A stretch of 64,000 nt of DNA from Neophaeotheca triangularis (taxonomy: Eukaryota), in NCBI GenBank assembly GCA_054600435.1, contig BAAIJX010000032.1, positions 186,001-250,000 of the forward strand. Reading direction: 5' to 3'. Shown here piece by piece: positions 47,866-59,747 of the stretch. The position numbers and the translations under genes were made by a program. Position 1 is the stretch's first letter. Each line of letters opens with the position of its first letter. The notes beneath the pieces are model-generated. The model did not search any database. It saw only the letters and a program-made list of their open reading frames with translations, and had not been told where the DNA came from.

Positions 47866-50800
47866 ATGTCTTTCGGCGGATTCGGGTCGTCAAACACGGG
47901 GGGAGGTTTCGGTGGTTTTGGCAGCAACAACAATAACACCAATACTACCGGAGGCTTCGGGTCCAACGCCAACGCTTCGACTGGAGGTTCGGTATTCGGC
48001 GGAAACACCGGCGCTGCAGCAGGAGGTTTCGGTGGTACCGGAGGCAACTCTCCATTCGGCGCTGCCAACAAACCCGCTTTCGGTGCACCAGCAGCTACTT
48101 CTGGTGGCGGCATGTTCGGCGGGAACACCAGCACTAGCGGTGGCTTCGGTGGAGGCGGCTTTGGCGGTTCAACGTCAAACACAGGAGGAGGCTTTGGGGG
48201 TAGCAGTTCTGGAGGTAAGCACATTCGCCCTTTCCCCTTGCCTATATTCCAGCAATGGCAACAACTACACGGCACATCTTTGCCTTGGTTTGATGTTGTA
48301 ATGTTATTTGTCCTATGCAGCACACTTCCGTGGCAAGCATGCATAGCAACTTGACATTAATCTACTGGCACAAACGCGCTCAATACTTTGGAAAAGTTCC
48401 GACAGCTGACATACTTCCAGGTCTCTTTGGGCAGCAAGCGAGCAAGCCTGCAAGCACCGGTTTCGGCGGCAATGCCGGCGGTGGCATCTTCGGAGGTGGA
48501 GCAAGCACTGGAGGAGGCTTTGGCAACACGGGCACCGCGGGCACCACGGGCACAGGCACCTTTGGTGGTGGTGCGTCCACTGGGTTCGGTCAAAGCGCGA
48601 CCAATACCACCTCAACAGGTGGTGGCTTTGGTGGATTCGGACAGGCCAACGCAGCTTCGACCCCTGGCAACAACAACAGCGGAACAGGCGGCACACCCTT
48701 CAGCGCGTTTGTTGAGAAAGATGGCGCGACAAGCCAAAATTCTCACTACCAGTCTATCACCTTCCAGCAGCCCTACCAGAACAAGAGCTTCGAGGAGCTG
48801 AGAGTCGAGGACTACATGCAGGGGCGTAAGAACGGCAATACAAACGGCCAGGCTGGATCTTTCGGCACAAGCACCGGATTTGGAGGGTTTGGAGCAGGCA
48901 ACACCGCAACAGGCACTTCCAGCACCACCGGTGGCGGACTGTTTGGAAGTAATGCTTCTACTGCCAACAACAACACCACCACTGGCACTGGGTTTGGAGG
49001 GTTTGGAGGATCTCAGCAAAACAACACCAGCTCGTTCGGTGGATTTGGTGCAAACAAACCTGCCACTGGCGGTTTTGGCCAACCCGCGAGCTCTGCTACA
49101 ACCACCGGTGGCTTCGGACAGACTGCTAGTAGCGGTGGCGGGCTTTTCGGCGGCAACAACAACAACAGCAACACAGCTGGAGGCTTCGGGGCGGGGACAA
49201 CCACTGGAACTACCGGTGGTGGCCTCTTTGGGAGCAACAACCAGCAGCAGAACAAGCCTGCGTTTGGAGGGTTTGGCAGCACGCCCAGCAATACCACCAC
49301 AGGGTTCGGCCAGACCGGCAACAACAATGCCGGTGGAGGTCTATTCGGCAGTGGCGCAAACACGACCAACAGCACAAGTACAGGCTTCGGTGGCTTCGGT
49401 GGCGCCAACGCCAATCAGCAACAACAGAACTCGAACCCCTTCGGCGCACCCAGCACCAACACAGGTTTTGGAGCCTCTCAGAACAAGCCTGCAACTGGTG
49501 GGGGTCTTTTCGGCGGCGCTTCGAACAACACTGGTGGAGCGTTCGGACAAAACCAGCAACAACAGCAAGCTTCAACGCCTTTTGGAGGCGGCGCAAACTC
49601 GAACACGGGAGGATCGTCGCTATTTGGGCAGTCTCAGAACAAGCCTGCTGGTGGTGGACTTTTCGGGAGCGCTACAGGTCAAACCAATACCGGCGGCGGC
49701 TCCCTCTTCGGTGGGCTGAACCAAAATCAAAATCAAAACACCAACACCAACAGCACCTTTGGTGGCGGTGCTGCTGGAAGCGGCTCGCTCTTTGGCGCGA
49801 AGCCAGCTGCTGGGAACACAGGAGGTCTGTTCGGCAACTCCGGCAGCGCCAACACGGGCGGTGGCCTCTTCGGGCAGAGTCAGAACCAGAACCAGCAAAA
49901 CAACAACTCCAATTCTCTCTTCGGAGGCATGGGAAGCAATCAACAGGGCCAGCAAGGCAATGGCACGTCCCTGTTTGGACAGAGCAACAACAATGCACAG
50001 CAGCAACAGCAACAGTCGCAAGCTCAGCCTTCAGGCCAACTGCACACGTCGTTGACCGCTGCGCCTTACGGGAACGAGCAATTGTTCTCGTCGCTTGCCT
50101 CACCATCGCCGCCCATTGGTCCATTGGCTACGCCACTGTCCGGCGCGAGACCAACACCAAGGAAGGGACCAAGCCTTTTGGCTTCTACGCGGCTCAACAG
50201 TCCGGCGCACACCCCACGGGGATCCAGCGGCTCGTTGGGACGTAGCGCAGGATACGGCTTCAGCTATTCTAACTACGGCACGCCAAGCTCTGTTTACTCC
50301 AACAGCCTCACTCCGGGCGCTAGCAGCTTGCTCCGGCAAAGTGGAAGCTTTGGAAGGTCATCAGGTCTTCTGTCCAAGAGCTACAGCACCAGCAACCTCC
50401 GAGGCGACGTCAGTCAGAGCGAGGGCAACAGTTTGCTTCGCTCAAGCGCCTTCTCTCCGTCCGGGACTGGGTCTGGCAGCTACGGTAGAAACAGTGTTCG
50501 CAAACTGCATATTGACCGGTCCTTGCGCTCTGATCTGTTCGGCCCTCCGCCTGGCCGTGAAGAAGGCGAGCGCCGCCAGTCAAAGTCCGTTAGCTTCGAC
50601 AATGCAGTGCTTAGCGGCAGCGCAAATGGCAGTGCTACGCCCAACAACAATAGCAGCATAAGCACTGCGCTTGTCCGGACTGAGGAATCCGAGGACAGGA
50701 CGCCACAAGGCTCAAAGTCGCAGTCCGCCAACCAGGCATCTCAAGGCGAACAGACGAATGTCAATGGTGCTTCTGGTCTCTCTACAGTCCCGGAGGATGG

Positions 50801-53800
50801 AGAGCCTGCTCGTTCTTCTCCTGCTACTGCACCTCGTACGCATGCTAGCAAGCCCCGGGAATCCCCCCCTGGTGACTACTACATGGACCCACCGCTTCGT
50901 CAACTACAGAACATGTCCCGCGCACAGCTCCAAAAAGTCAACCGTTTTAGGGTCGGACGCGAAAATGCCGGATTCATCGACTTCGGCCCATGTGACCTGA
51001 CGTCTGTCGATCTCGACAAGGTCCTGGGCGACATTGTGCAAATCGAGGCTCGCAATGCAACGGTGTATCCCGACAAGAAGTCGACCCCGCCCATGGGCCA
51101 GGGATTGAATGTTCCTTCGCTCATCACATTAGAGCAGACGTGGCCAAAGAAGGGAAGAAAAGGCCGGAATGGAGAGGTTATTCAAACGCCAGAGGAACGT
51201 CTTATCGACAACCTCAAGAAGATCGATGGGACCGCATTCATGGACTGGAACCGCGACACTGGGGTCTGGCGCTTTAGGGTTCAGCACTTCACAACCTACG
51301 GCCTCGACGACGACGATGACGAGGATGAATTCGGCGAGAGTAGAATTGAGACTGAGCAAAGTTCCAGCGTTCTCACCGACGCCCCACCAACCACTGATCA
51401 GCAAGACGATTACACACTCGCCAGTGTGGATTCGAGCAACGTCGACGAGGACACCTTTCAGTTCAAACTCGAGAAGCGATCTCAACGCAGCCAGCAAGGC
51501 TACATGCCTCCTGGTGGCTTCACGGGCGGCGACGTCTCCTACGAATTTGACGACAAAATCATGGAAGAAGCCCCGACACCAGCCGGATTGAACGATGAGT
51601 CCATGGCAGATTCTATTCTGTCCGCTGGAGGCCCCGTGCAAGCTCCCAGCCCCGGAACCTTACAGAAGTTCCACTCCAGCCAGATGGAGCAAGAGCCTGT
51701 TGGCGAACAGATTGAGGAGCCCGAGGAAGCAGTGATGTCTGGTGCTTACAGCGCGCCGCTCGAGCCGAAGTTTCCGCGTTCAATCTTGAAGCCCACCACT
51801 GCTGCTTTTGTCTCGCCGCAGAAGGCTGCTACGGAAACGTGGGAAGAGAAGCTGCAGCAGACGCTCAGCCCTCGTAAGCGAGACCGGCGTGCACTTAAGG
51901 ATATGCAGCAACCTATGCGCCACCCGGCGGAAGACGATGAGGTCAATCTGATGGCCTTCGGCCAAAGCACTTTCGGACAGAGCGCTCTAGGCCAGAGCTA
52001 CTTGGCGCAAAAGAGCGCAAAAAAGGCACCAGCTGAGGCCAACACTGGACCGGCGTTCGAGACAACCATCGACATTATGAATTCTCTGTGGGGACAACGA
52101 ACCGGCAAAAGCAACGCGAGACAGGATGGATTTGAGGTATGAACAATGATTCCAACCCTGTTCAAACCCAAGCCCCGTTGGACTTCGTCAGAGGAGTCCC
52201 CCAGGCATCGATCGGCCGGTTGAGCAAGAGGATGATCATCATCGTAGTGTAAAAGTACATAGCTGAGTATTGCGTTTTACAGATTCCTCAACCGAAGAAG
52301 CAGCGCTTCACCGACGCCGATGGCTCTACTCCAATGGATGCTGAGTTCCGAGACTCCTTCAAGTCGAAGTTCATGGCAGACGGCACTTTGGTCTACGCCG
52401 GCAACGCTCCGCCGGGCGATGGTATGGAGACCGCAAAGGCTCCTGTTGTTGGTGAGAGACGTGACGTACGCTTTGCTCGGTAAGTCTTGTATTTCCACGC
52501 ACACTTCCCTTGAAGAAGCTAACCAGATCCCAGGTTTTCTATCCCTCAAGATGGTGATTCCAATATGACCCTCATTGCCCAACAAGACTGCACTGTCTTG
52601 GAGAAAGCTCACACTGGAGAAATCCCACACGCTTTGAATACTACCGAGTTCACTTTCAAAGACTTTCAGCAATCTGTTCCAGATGGTCTAGCGCTCTGGG
52701 CGGAGCGAGACATTTGGCAACTTTGCAGCATTTTGTTTGATGCTCCTGAAGTCGCGTTTCCGGGATGGGCGAACGATCTACCGCATGACTTGGTTCATCT
52801 TTACGAAAGCAAAGCGCGCATGGACACCTTCAATTCGTTCTGGGCTAAGCTGTGCCCCAACGAGTCCCAGCTACGGAGTGCGAGAACAGAAGAGGAGAAG
52901 GCGTTGTTACATCTCGCAATCGGCGACATTGTCAAAGCGTGCGAGGTCCTAGTTGCCGCCAAAGACTTCAAACTGGCGACCATTGTTGCTCAGCTTCCAG
53001 GTGACCCTCAGAGTCAAGAATACATGAGCAAACAGATTGAGGCATGGAAGCAGCGTGGAGACTGGAGTGAGATGTCCGACTCCATGAGAGCGCTCTACAG
53101 CATCACAGCTGGTTCCTTCTGCACGGTGGCCGGGACTGGAGGGAGTACGGAGAATCGTTCTTCGGAGTTTTGTATTGCGGAAAGGTTCGGTCTGAGCTGG
53201 AAACAGAGCTTGGCTTTGAGGGTACACTATGGCGGTTTTGCAAGCCTCGAGAAGGCGATAGACGCCTACGTTCAGGATCTGGAGACACAGAAGGAAAAGC
53301 TCAAGCCTACTGCGGGAGACGGAGAAGGCTCGACAGCTCGCGAAGATCCGCTCTTCGGCCTACTTCGACTTGCTACCAGGGGCACAGACGCGGACTGCTT
53401 AACTGTGCTCGAACCAACACTGGCTCCGGGGTCTTCGACAAGCACTAGGCTCCCGTGGCAGCTAGCCAACTTGCTTATAGCAGCCGACCTAATTAGCCTG
53501 CCTGCTGACAAGATGGACTGCTTGACGAATACCTACGCCGCGGAGCTTGAGCTTCAAACATCACTCGTCAACGCCGCCTGGGTCCTTCTCCACTTGCACG
53601 AGAGCATCGACCGTCAACACGCTATCAAGGGATTACTGGAGCGCAAAGCCGGCTCTATCCCAGACACCGGCGATACTGCGCAGCCTGGAACAGTCGAGCA
53701 GCTCGTCGAGCAAGGAAAGATTCCTTCTGACATGATCTGGAAAGCCAAAGCGCTTCATGCCCAAGCTGTCCTGAAGGATCCGGCTCTACAAGCCTCGTAC

Positions 53801-54259
53801 CTACTTCAAGCCAACGATGCCGACGCCGCTCACGACATCCTCGTAGGTCGTGTTGGGCCGTCTGTCGTGGTTGAGCGAAATTACGATGCCCTTCAACTGC
53901 TCCTACAAGACTTCGAACACGCGCCCTCGATCGACAGAGCCAAATGGGATGCTGGCGGTCAGGTGTTTGCCGACTTTGCCCGCCTTATGACGATGAATGG
54001 GGGCCAGAAAGAGGCGGAGAGGGGAGGTTTGGTCAGAAGGCTGCAGAGGGGTCTAGCGGGCATGGAACAGATGCAGGAACGGGCTCCCAAAGGTGCCATT
54101 GGTCTTGAGGCCCGGGTTGCACTGGTCGAGATGCACACGAGCGTGAAAAAGATCGCGAAGGAGTTGGGAGAGAAGACGTCCGCTCCGGCGCAGACTAAAG
54201 CCAGGCTGTCCAGTGCGCAAGACCTACTTGCAAAGTACACCATGGCAATGGCTGCGTGA
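47866..54259 (+). CDS. NUP98: Nucleoporin Nup98-Nup96 precursor (Nup145/Nup189/SonB), ~1995 aa; exons 47866-48214, 48421-52136, 52283-52479, 52534-54259
   Basis: FG/GLFG repeats, GLEBS motif KSFEELRVEDY, autoproteolytic domain ending WRFRVQHFT, and a Nup96-like C-terminal region (DFKLATIVAQL, QIEAW, LSWKQSLALRVHY). Three GT-AG introns give a continuous frame. Confidence 0.94.
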
Positions 54260-55084
54260 GCCCAGTAAAAGTAGCCAAGAGAAGGTCAAGAGATGAAGCG
54301 AATGATAAGACGGAGAAGGCGTGGAGCCAGTCCGGTCATGTTTCGTTAGTATAGCTAGTGTATTATTGTCCCAATTGTAAGTGCCATTTTCTTCTTATAG
54401 ATAGTGGAAGAACGGGTCATCTTTCGTGCATCGCGGCCATAAAGATCAGCACCATCACACCCTAGACAAGTATGGGCATCATGTGAACCTATGCAGATCT
54501 ACTATTCGTGTGCATCTAAAGTAATCGATGTTCCCCCTGAGCACGTGAACTACAAATATACAGATTGAAGCCCTAGCGACAAGCGAGCCCGAGGCTGCGA
54601 ATAACAGGCTCCAGCTGCCAAAGCACCTACACTTCACTGGCTTGAGCTCACGACCGTTCGGGAACAAACAGAATTGGAATTACATCCGTGGGCATATTAA
54701 TTACCATGTCCACAAGTTAAGCTGTCGCCTGTGTGTGAAGTGCGAAGGGGGCTCGCCACGATGGACCTCCCCGCGACCTTCTTGCTGAGGAGCCTGATAC
54801 TTTCAGATCGGCCGCCGACGGCTCCATCAAAGACTACAAGTGGTATTGTTAATCCCAGGTGTGTCTTTGATCTCAATCGTCCGTCTAATCGGCTGATCGG
54901 GAATAGGGTTTTCGACGAACGTAAACATCTACGCCAGGGACTCCAAACTCCAAACGACGACACGAGAGGCACCTGAAACACAACTGTCCACTCCTGCGGG
55001 CCGGCGCACCCTGACCTCAATTGACGGCCGGTGGATCCAAGGCGTCTCCATTAATCGTAGAGGGCTGCGCGCCGCCCGCCAGCA

Positions 55085-57931
55085 ATGCGGTTGGATCGCA
55101 CTTCCTCTTCTGACCAGCAAGTGACAGTTACGGTTGATGATGAAAGGCATCGGGGCTCGCAGCTACCACGGAAGGCTGAGAGGCTTCTAGGAACGAGGGC
55201 ATTGTATCAGAATAGCAGCGCGGTCAAGAGCAGGGCAGAAGATCAGCGTCCACATGGGGCATGTTTAGATGCAGAGGAGCGGAGGGGATATGCTGAGCGC
55301 GGCAACAGCCACGACGACAGTTCTGCTATATCACGAGACTCTATGCCTACACATTGGAAGACCTGGAGGCACCGGGACAAACAACAAGTTTCGAGCGGTC
55401 ATGGGGCGGTCGCGTCTCATCACGACTACTCGAAAAACTCCAACGCAAGCCTACAAAGTCAGATGCGGCGCGAACCCTCAAATTCCACCATGGGCTCACA
55501 GTACTACGATCCTGCTCGACTTCCGTCCACCGTCTCCCAGCAGACATCTGCTTCTGCGATTCGAGACAGGCGCTGGATCCCTCCGGAGCATTTGCACGCC
55601 AGTGCCAGCGACCCTGCCCTGGTGTCATCTGATAGGCCCCTTAAGTCGGCCATGAAGCGGCCTACACAGGATAGGCGCGTCAGCGACAAAGGTCTCAGGC
55701 GACCCAGAAAGTTTGACATATCTTCCTTCTTTTCAAGATCGAAGCCTTCGCAGGATCAGCGCTCAAGTGCGGCGGGATCATCTTCGATTCCTCCCACCTA
55801 TGGACCGGCAGAACCACTGGAGGGCCTCTCAGGACGAGAGAACCTGCATCTGAAAGCGCATGAGACGCCTGCTTCTAGACGCGCGACGAGAGCAAAGATA
55901 TTCGACAATGACCTTGATACCGTGGAGAGAACACGAAGGCGTCCTCCCAAAGGAATATCCAATTGGTTCGATGGTCTTGACGATATCAGTAGCGAAGACG
56001 AATGCGAAGACGATGGCGTAGCAGTTGCCGCTACGACTTCATACCCAGTTCCGAGGGTTCCTGCTCAGGAGGATCGGTCCCGGGCGCCCCAGCCTGTGAA
56101 GCCCAGAGGGGCGATGCCAGACCCTGTACAGGATAACCTACTCGCTATACGCGACGCCAAGATTCGGCTCAAACGTGCCATGCAGCCGCCACAACGTAGG
56201 GGCAGCGAAGATTCGAACGCCGTTGACTCTGCCGTTTCTGCTGAAGAAAGGAAGAGGCTTGAATCTAGGCTTGCTGGAGCTCGCCTTGCCAAAGAAAGTA
56301 TACTCTCGCTCTCTTCTTCATCCGAAGATGAGCGCCCAAATCTTCCCGCCATCCGAGATAGTCTCGCCTCTGATTCTATTCATCGGATACAAACCCCTTC
56401 GATTAGGAACGCTAGAAGCGTTGGCGTACTTCGACCGGCTGCGCCCGCCAGGCAATTGCAAAGCAGTCGGAGCTTTCAGCGCGAGAGTGCGTATCCACGC
56501 GATACCGTATCGACCTTCCAAACGTCGGGATCCATTCCGATCAGGCTCAACAGTGACATTCCGATTCCTCCTTTGCCGATGGCCGACGCGAGCAACGGGT
56601 CTGACTCTGCCGTTGTGGCGTTGCACCAGCTAGAGGGTAAGCGTGAGTCTCAGCGAGCCAGCAGCCGCCTCTGGTCCACGAGCGAGAATGCCTCTGCACA
56701 AGATGACGGTGAGAGTTTTGTCAGCGAAACAACGACCAGCTACGGTTCAGAACCGGCACACATGTTCGCGGTTACCGAAGAGGAGATGGCTCTTTTGGAG
56801 ATGATGCGTAAGAAGCGGGCAGCAATGGCTCAGAATAGCTTCTCCGAAGGTCATCGCACGCTGATGCCGGAAGATAAACGGTACCCTACGTCAAGAAGAG
56901 GGTCCTCGCATCACAGGCAGAGCACAATGCTAGGCCAGGAAAGCGACAATCTGGGCGCCCGGCAAAACCACAGTCCTTCTGGCTCATCATCACCCAGCTT
57001 TCCACAAGTCTCTTGCGAATTAGAAGACATTGCATTCCGAGAAGGAGATTGTGAGAAAGATACTCAGGAATTGGAAGGAAGCCGGGAAGCCGTGAATCAT
57101 GCGAGCGGGCAGTTGTTGCTGCCCCAAGCTTACGATCCAAGAGCGAAGCAGGTGACAACCACGTTGCATCCTGTTGGCAAGACTGGAGGTTCTCCACAGC
57201 ATGAGTTCGGAAGTGCTGGAGGATTCTTTACCGACGACCACGACGTACCACTCGGCTCAACGCGGACGCCCACGACGGATGCTTTTCCAGCCCCGCCCAC
57301 AGGCAGGAAGCCAAGCTCGCAAAGGCGCTCGCGCAAGTCTCCAATGTCTCCCCAACTTATAGTCGAAGAGGAGCCAATACCCGAGCAAGCAGAAGTTCAT
57401 TATCATTACTCCCGAGCACCAGGGAAGGCCACCATGGCAAGAGCCACCACGGGCGAGGATATTTCCACTGACAAGAGCGTCTCCACGTGTTCATCCCCTG
57501 CGACCGGCTCCCACCCAACAGGCCACCATTGGAGTCCCTACCACGCAAGCTCAGACTCGGAGTTGACCAAGCTAGACTCGGCCCAGCCTGGGAGCAAGTT
57601 TTCGTTCTCGTCGGCCGGTACCTCTAGCGTTTGGCCGCGGACCTCTTCTTCATCAGCGCACAGCCCATCCGACGAAGCGCGCAGCACTATCAATCACCAG
57701 CAAGGGCCCGTCCGTGAACGGCGCTCGCTCGTCAGTAGCCAAAGACAGGCTGGAAAGCCCCGCATGAGCATCTACAAAGGAGAAGACTGGCAGGTTCCTC
57801 AGGGCGTTCATCGCGTGGGCAGTGTGCGCAGCCAAAATAGCCACATCAGCGCCGGCGAGGATGTCTTGGCGGCTTGGGCGGCCCTCGGAGGGGGAAGTGA
57901 GGCTTTTACCCCCGGAAGAGGAGCAAGGTGA
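55085..57931 (+). CDS. Uncharacterised Ser/Arg/Pro-rich, largely disordered protein (~948 aa)
   Basis: 2.8-kb uninterrupted ORF with no domain that I recognise. A possible AG acceptor at 55060 means an upstream exon cannot be excluded. Confidence 0.75.
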   Translation: MRLDRTSSSDQQVTVTVDDERHRGSQLPRKAERLLGTRALYQNSSAVKSRAEDQRPHGACLDAEERRGYAERGNSHDDSSAISRDSMPTHWKTWRHRDKQQVSSGHGAVASHHDYSKNSNASLQSQMRREPSNSTMGSQYYDPARLPSTVSQQTSASAIRDRRWIPPEHLHASASDPALVSSDRPLKSAMKRPTQDRRVSDKGLRRPRKFDISSFFSRSKPSQDQRSSAAGSSSIPPTYGPAEPLEGLSGRENLHLKAHETPASRRATRAKIFDNDLDTVERTRRRPPKGISNWFDGLDDISSEDECEDDGVAVAATTSYPVPRVPAQEDRSRAPQPVKPRGAMPDPVQDNLLAIRDAKIRLKRAMQPPQRRGSEDSNAVDSAVSAEERKRLESRLAGARLAKESILSLSSSSEDERPNLPAIRDSLASDSIHRIQTPSIRNARSVGVLRPAAPARQLQSSRSFQRESAYPRDTVSTFQTSGSIPIRLNSDIPIPPLPMADASNGSDSAVVALHQLEGKRESQRASSRLWSTSENASAQDDGESFVSETTTSYGSEPAHMFAVTEEEMALLEMMRKKRAAMAQNSFSEGHRTLMPEDKRYPTSRRGSSHHRQSTMLGQESDNLGARQNHSPSGSSSPSFPQVSCELEDIAFREGDCEKDTQELEGSREAVNHASGQLLLPQAYDPRAKQVTTTLHPVGKTGGSPQHEFGSAGGFFTDDHDVPLGSTRTPTTDAFPAPPTGRKPSSQRRSRKSPMSPQLIVEEEPIPEQAEVHYHYSRAPGKATMARATTGEDISTDKSVSTCSSPATGSHPTGHHWSPYHASSDSELTKLDSAQPGSKFSFSSAGTSSVWPRTSSSSAHSPSDEARSTINHQQGPVRERRSLVSSQRQAGKPRMSIYKGEDWQVPQGVHRVGSVRSQNSHISAGEDVLAAWAALGGGSEAFTPGRGAR

Positions 57932-58400
57932 CGTGTTGATGGCGGTGGTCTCGTCTTGTTCTACTAGCTAGCATTCACAGCTCTCTTTTCCGTTTTACTT
58001 CGTAGGTCAAATTGCTGAGATCGCGGACATAGAGATAGATAATAATAATTATAGTAGTGCGCGAACTGCATATCATACGTGAGTAAGTACCTTTTGACTT
58101 CTCTCGGCGCCCCGATGCCAAGCTTGCTGGGGGGGCTTGCTCCGAGTTACTGCGCGAAGGAGTCACGATGGACGTTTCGCTTAGCCACCGATGCTCTACA
58201 GCAACAGGTAAATGAACTGTGGACGAAGCTCTGAGTGATGAGTTATCAGTGACTCGTCCGTCTTTTTCCCCAAAATAATAAGACAGAGTCTACGATTCAA
58301 TGGTCGACAGTATTGTAAGACAGACAACCGCATCTCGCGCCGTTCTCTCATCATCATTCACACCTCTTCCCGATCGACGGCGTCGCTACATACTGTAAAC

Positions 58401-59747
58401 ATGGTCATTGGGCGTCTCCATGGCAGCATCATACTTGATGAACCAAACCATAAGGTCTATCAAGGCCCGGGCGCAACCGTGACTGGGAACATTGCCCTAC
58501 GGTGGCTGTCAAACCACACTAGCGGCAACGACGAACTGTTTGGCCCTCTCAAGGCAACTGTACGTCTCGAAGGTCGGGCAAAGAGCAAAGTATGGAAACA
58601 AAGCGGTCAAAGCAGCCACATATATCGCGGTCGACAAGCTCTGTTCGCCAGGACTCAGATGGCTTACGACGACAGTGTTCGGTTGGGAGACCACGAGCAG
58701 ATTCTTGTTCCTTTCAGCATTGCATTCCCTTCCGGCAACGAGGCACAACCTTCAACGAACACCTGGACCCACGATTCTAGATTTGACTCTACCGGTGGAG
58801 CGCCTCTTCCACCATCGGTGAACGTGGTCTATTTTGGATTCTCTCACCATTTTGAATGCTTTGTGGCCTACCAGATCAACGTGTCTGTGAGCACGCCGGG
58901 CATCGAAGTCGCCATAGATGGTCTCCATGGAGAGGGGGGTCCACACCTTCAATACGAACCTCTTCCTCCGTTGAGAGACACTTCGATCGAGCATCATCGC
59001 TTAAAATGCTCTGCGAAAGTCCAAAACGAATTCCTGTTGCCAGAAGACCTCCGGCCCCACGGTTTCAAAGAGAGGGCGAAAGCGGTCTTTCAAAGCGACT
59101 ACTATCCGACTTTCCAGTACGAAATATCTTTGTCCGCACCAAAAGCTATCTATCTGGGTGAGCGTATTCGATTCAGGTGCAAGATCAAACCGGACCTTCA
59201 GAACTCAACAGCACCAACTATACCGGACGTCACGTTGTACGGACTCCAAGCTCAGCTACGTGCCAACACCCTCTGTCGATCGGAGCAGGGATGGATATCA
59301 TGCTACGAGTCTCACGGGAGTGAAGATGTTCTCCAGCTTGAGAGCCGCAAAGACCCGGTTCCGTTCAATAAGGCTGACAATTGGGTCAAAGATCTCGAAA
59401 CTCAGGTAGTAGAGGGAAACTTTTGCTCCTCGTTCAGCACATTCAACATCGCCCGGTCGTATTCACTGAAGCTCCACCTATGCATCGGGTGCGCTGCAAA
59501 GAGTACCAACCTGGAGCACCAAGTGCAGGTCATCCTTCATCCTCCGAGGTGGCAGGGTGGCACCGCCAGCAGCGAGGCGATCGGTCACGCTGGACCCTCG
59601 GTGAATCAGGCAGTGCCGATAGTAGAGGACCTGGGAGATGCTGGGTTGACGGTGCCAGTGCCGGAGTACGAGGAGCCTCCAAGCTACGATCAGATTGAAG
59701 GGAATGCAGGGCCGGTGGGTGATGTTCAGGGAGAGGGCAAGTGCTAG
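58401..59747 (+). CDS. Arrestin-fold (alpha-arrestin-like) protein with C-terminal PY motif, 448 aa
   Basis: Arrestin-N-like pattern (VY..G..V.G.I...L.GRAKSKV...PFSIAFP...LPPS...VAYQI), SFSTFNIARSYSLKL in the C-domain, and PPSY near the C-terminus. Confidence 0.75.
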   Translation: MVIGRLHGSIILDEPNHKVYQGPGATVTGNIALRWLSNHTSGNDELFGPLKATVRLEGRAKSKVWKQSGQSSHIYRGRQALFARTQMAYDDSVRLGDHEQILVPFSIAFPSGNEAQPSTNTWTHDSRFDSTGGAPLPPSVNVVYFGFSHHFECFVAYQINVSVSTPGIEVAIDGLHGEGGPHLQYEPLPPLRDTSIEHHRLKCSAKVQNEFLLPEDLRPHGFKERAKAVFQSDYYPTFQYEISLSAPKAIYLGERIRFRCKIKPDLQNSTAPTIPDVTLYGLQAQLRANTLCRSEQGWISCYESHGSEDVLQLESRKDPVPFNKADNWVKDLETQVVEGNFCSSFSTFNIARSYSLKLHLCIGCAAKSTNLEHQVQVILHPPRWQGGTASSEAIGHAGPSVNQAVPIVEDLGDAGLTVPVPEYEEPPSYDQIEGNAGPVGDVQGEGKC

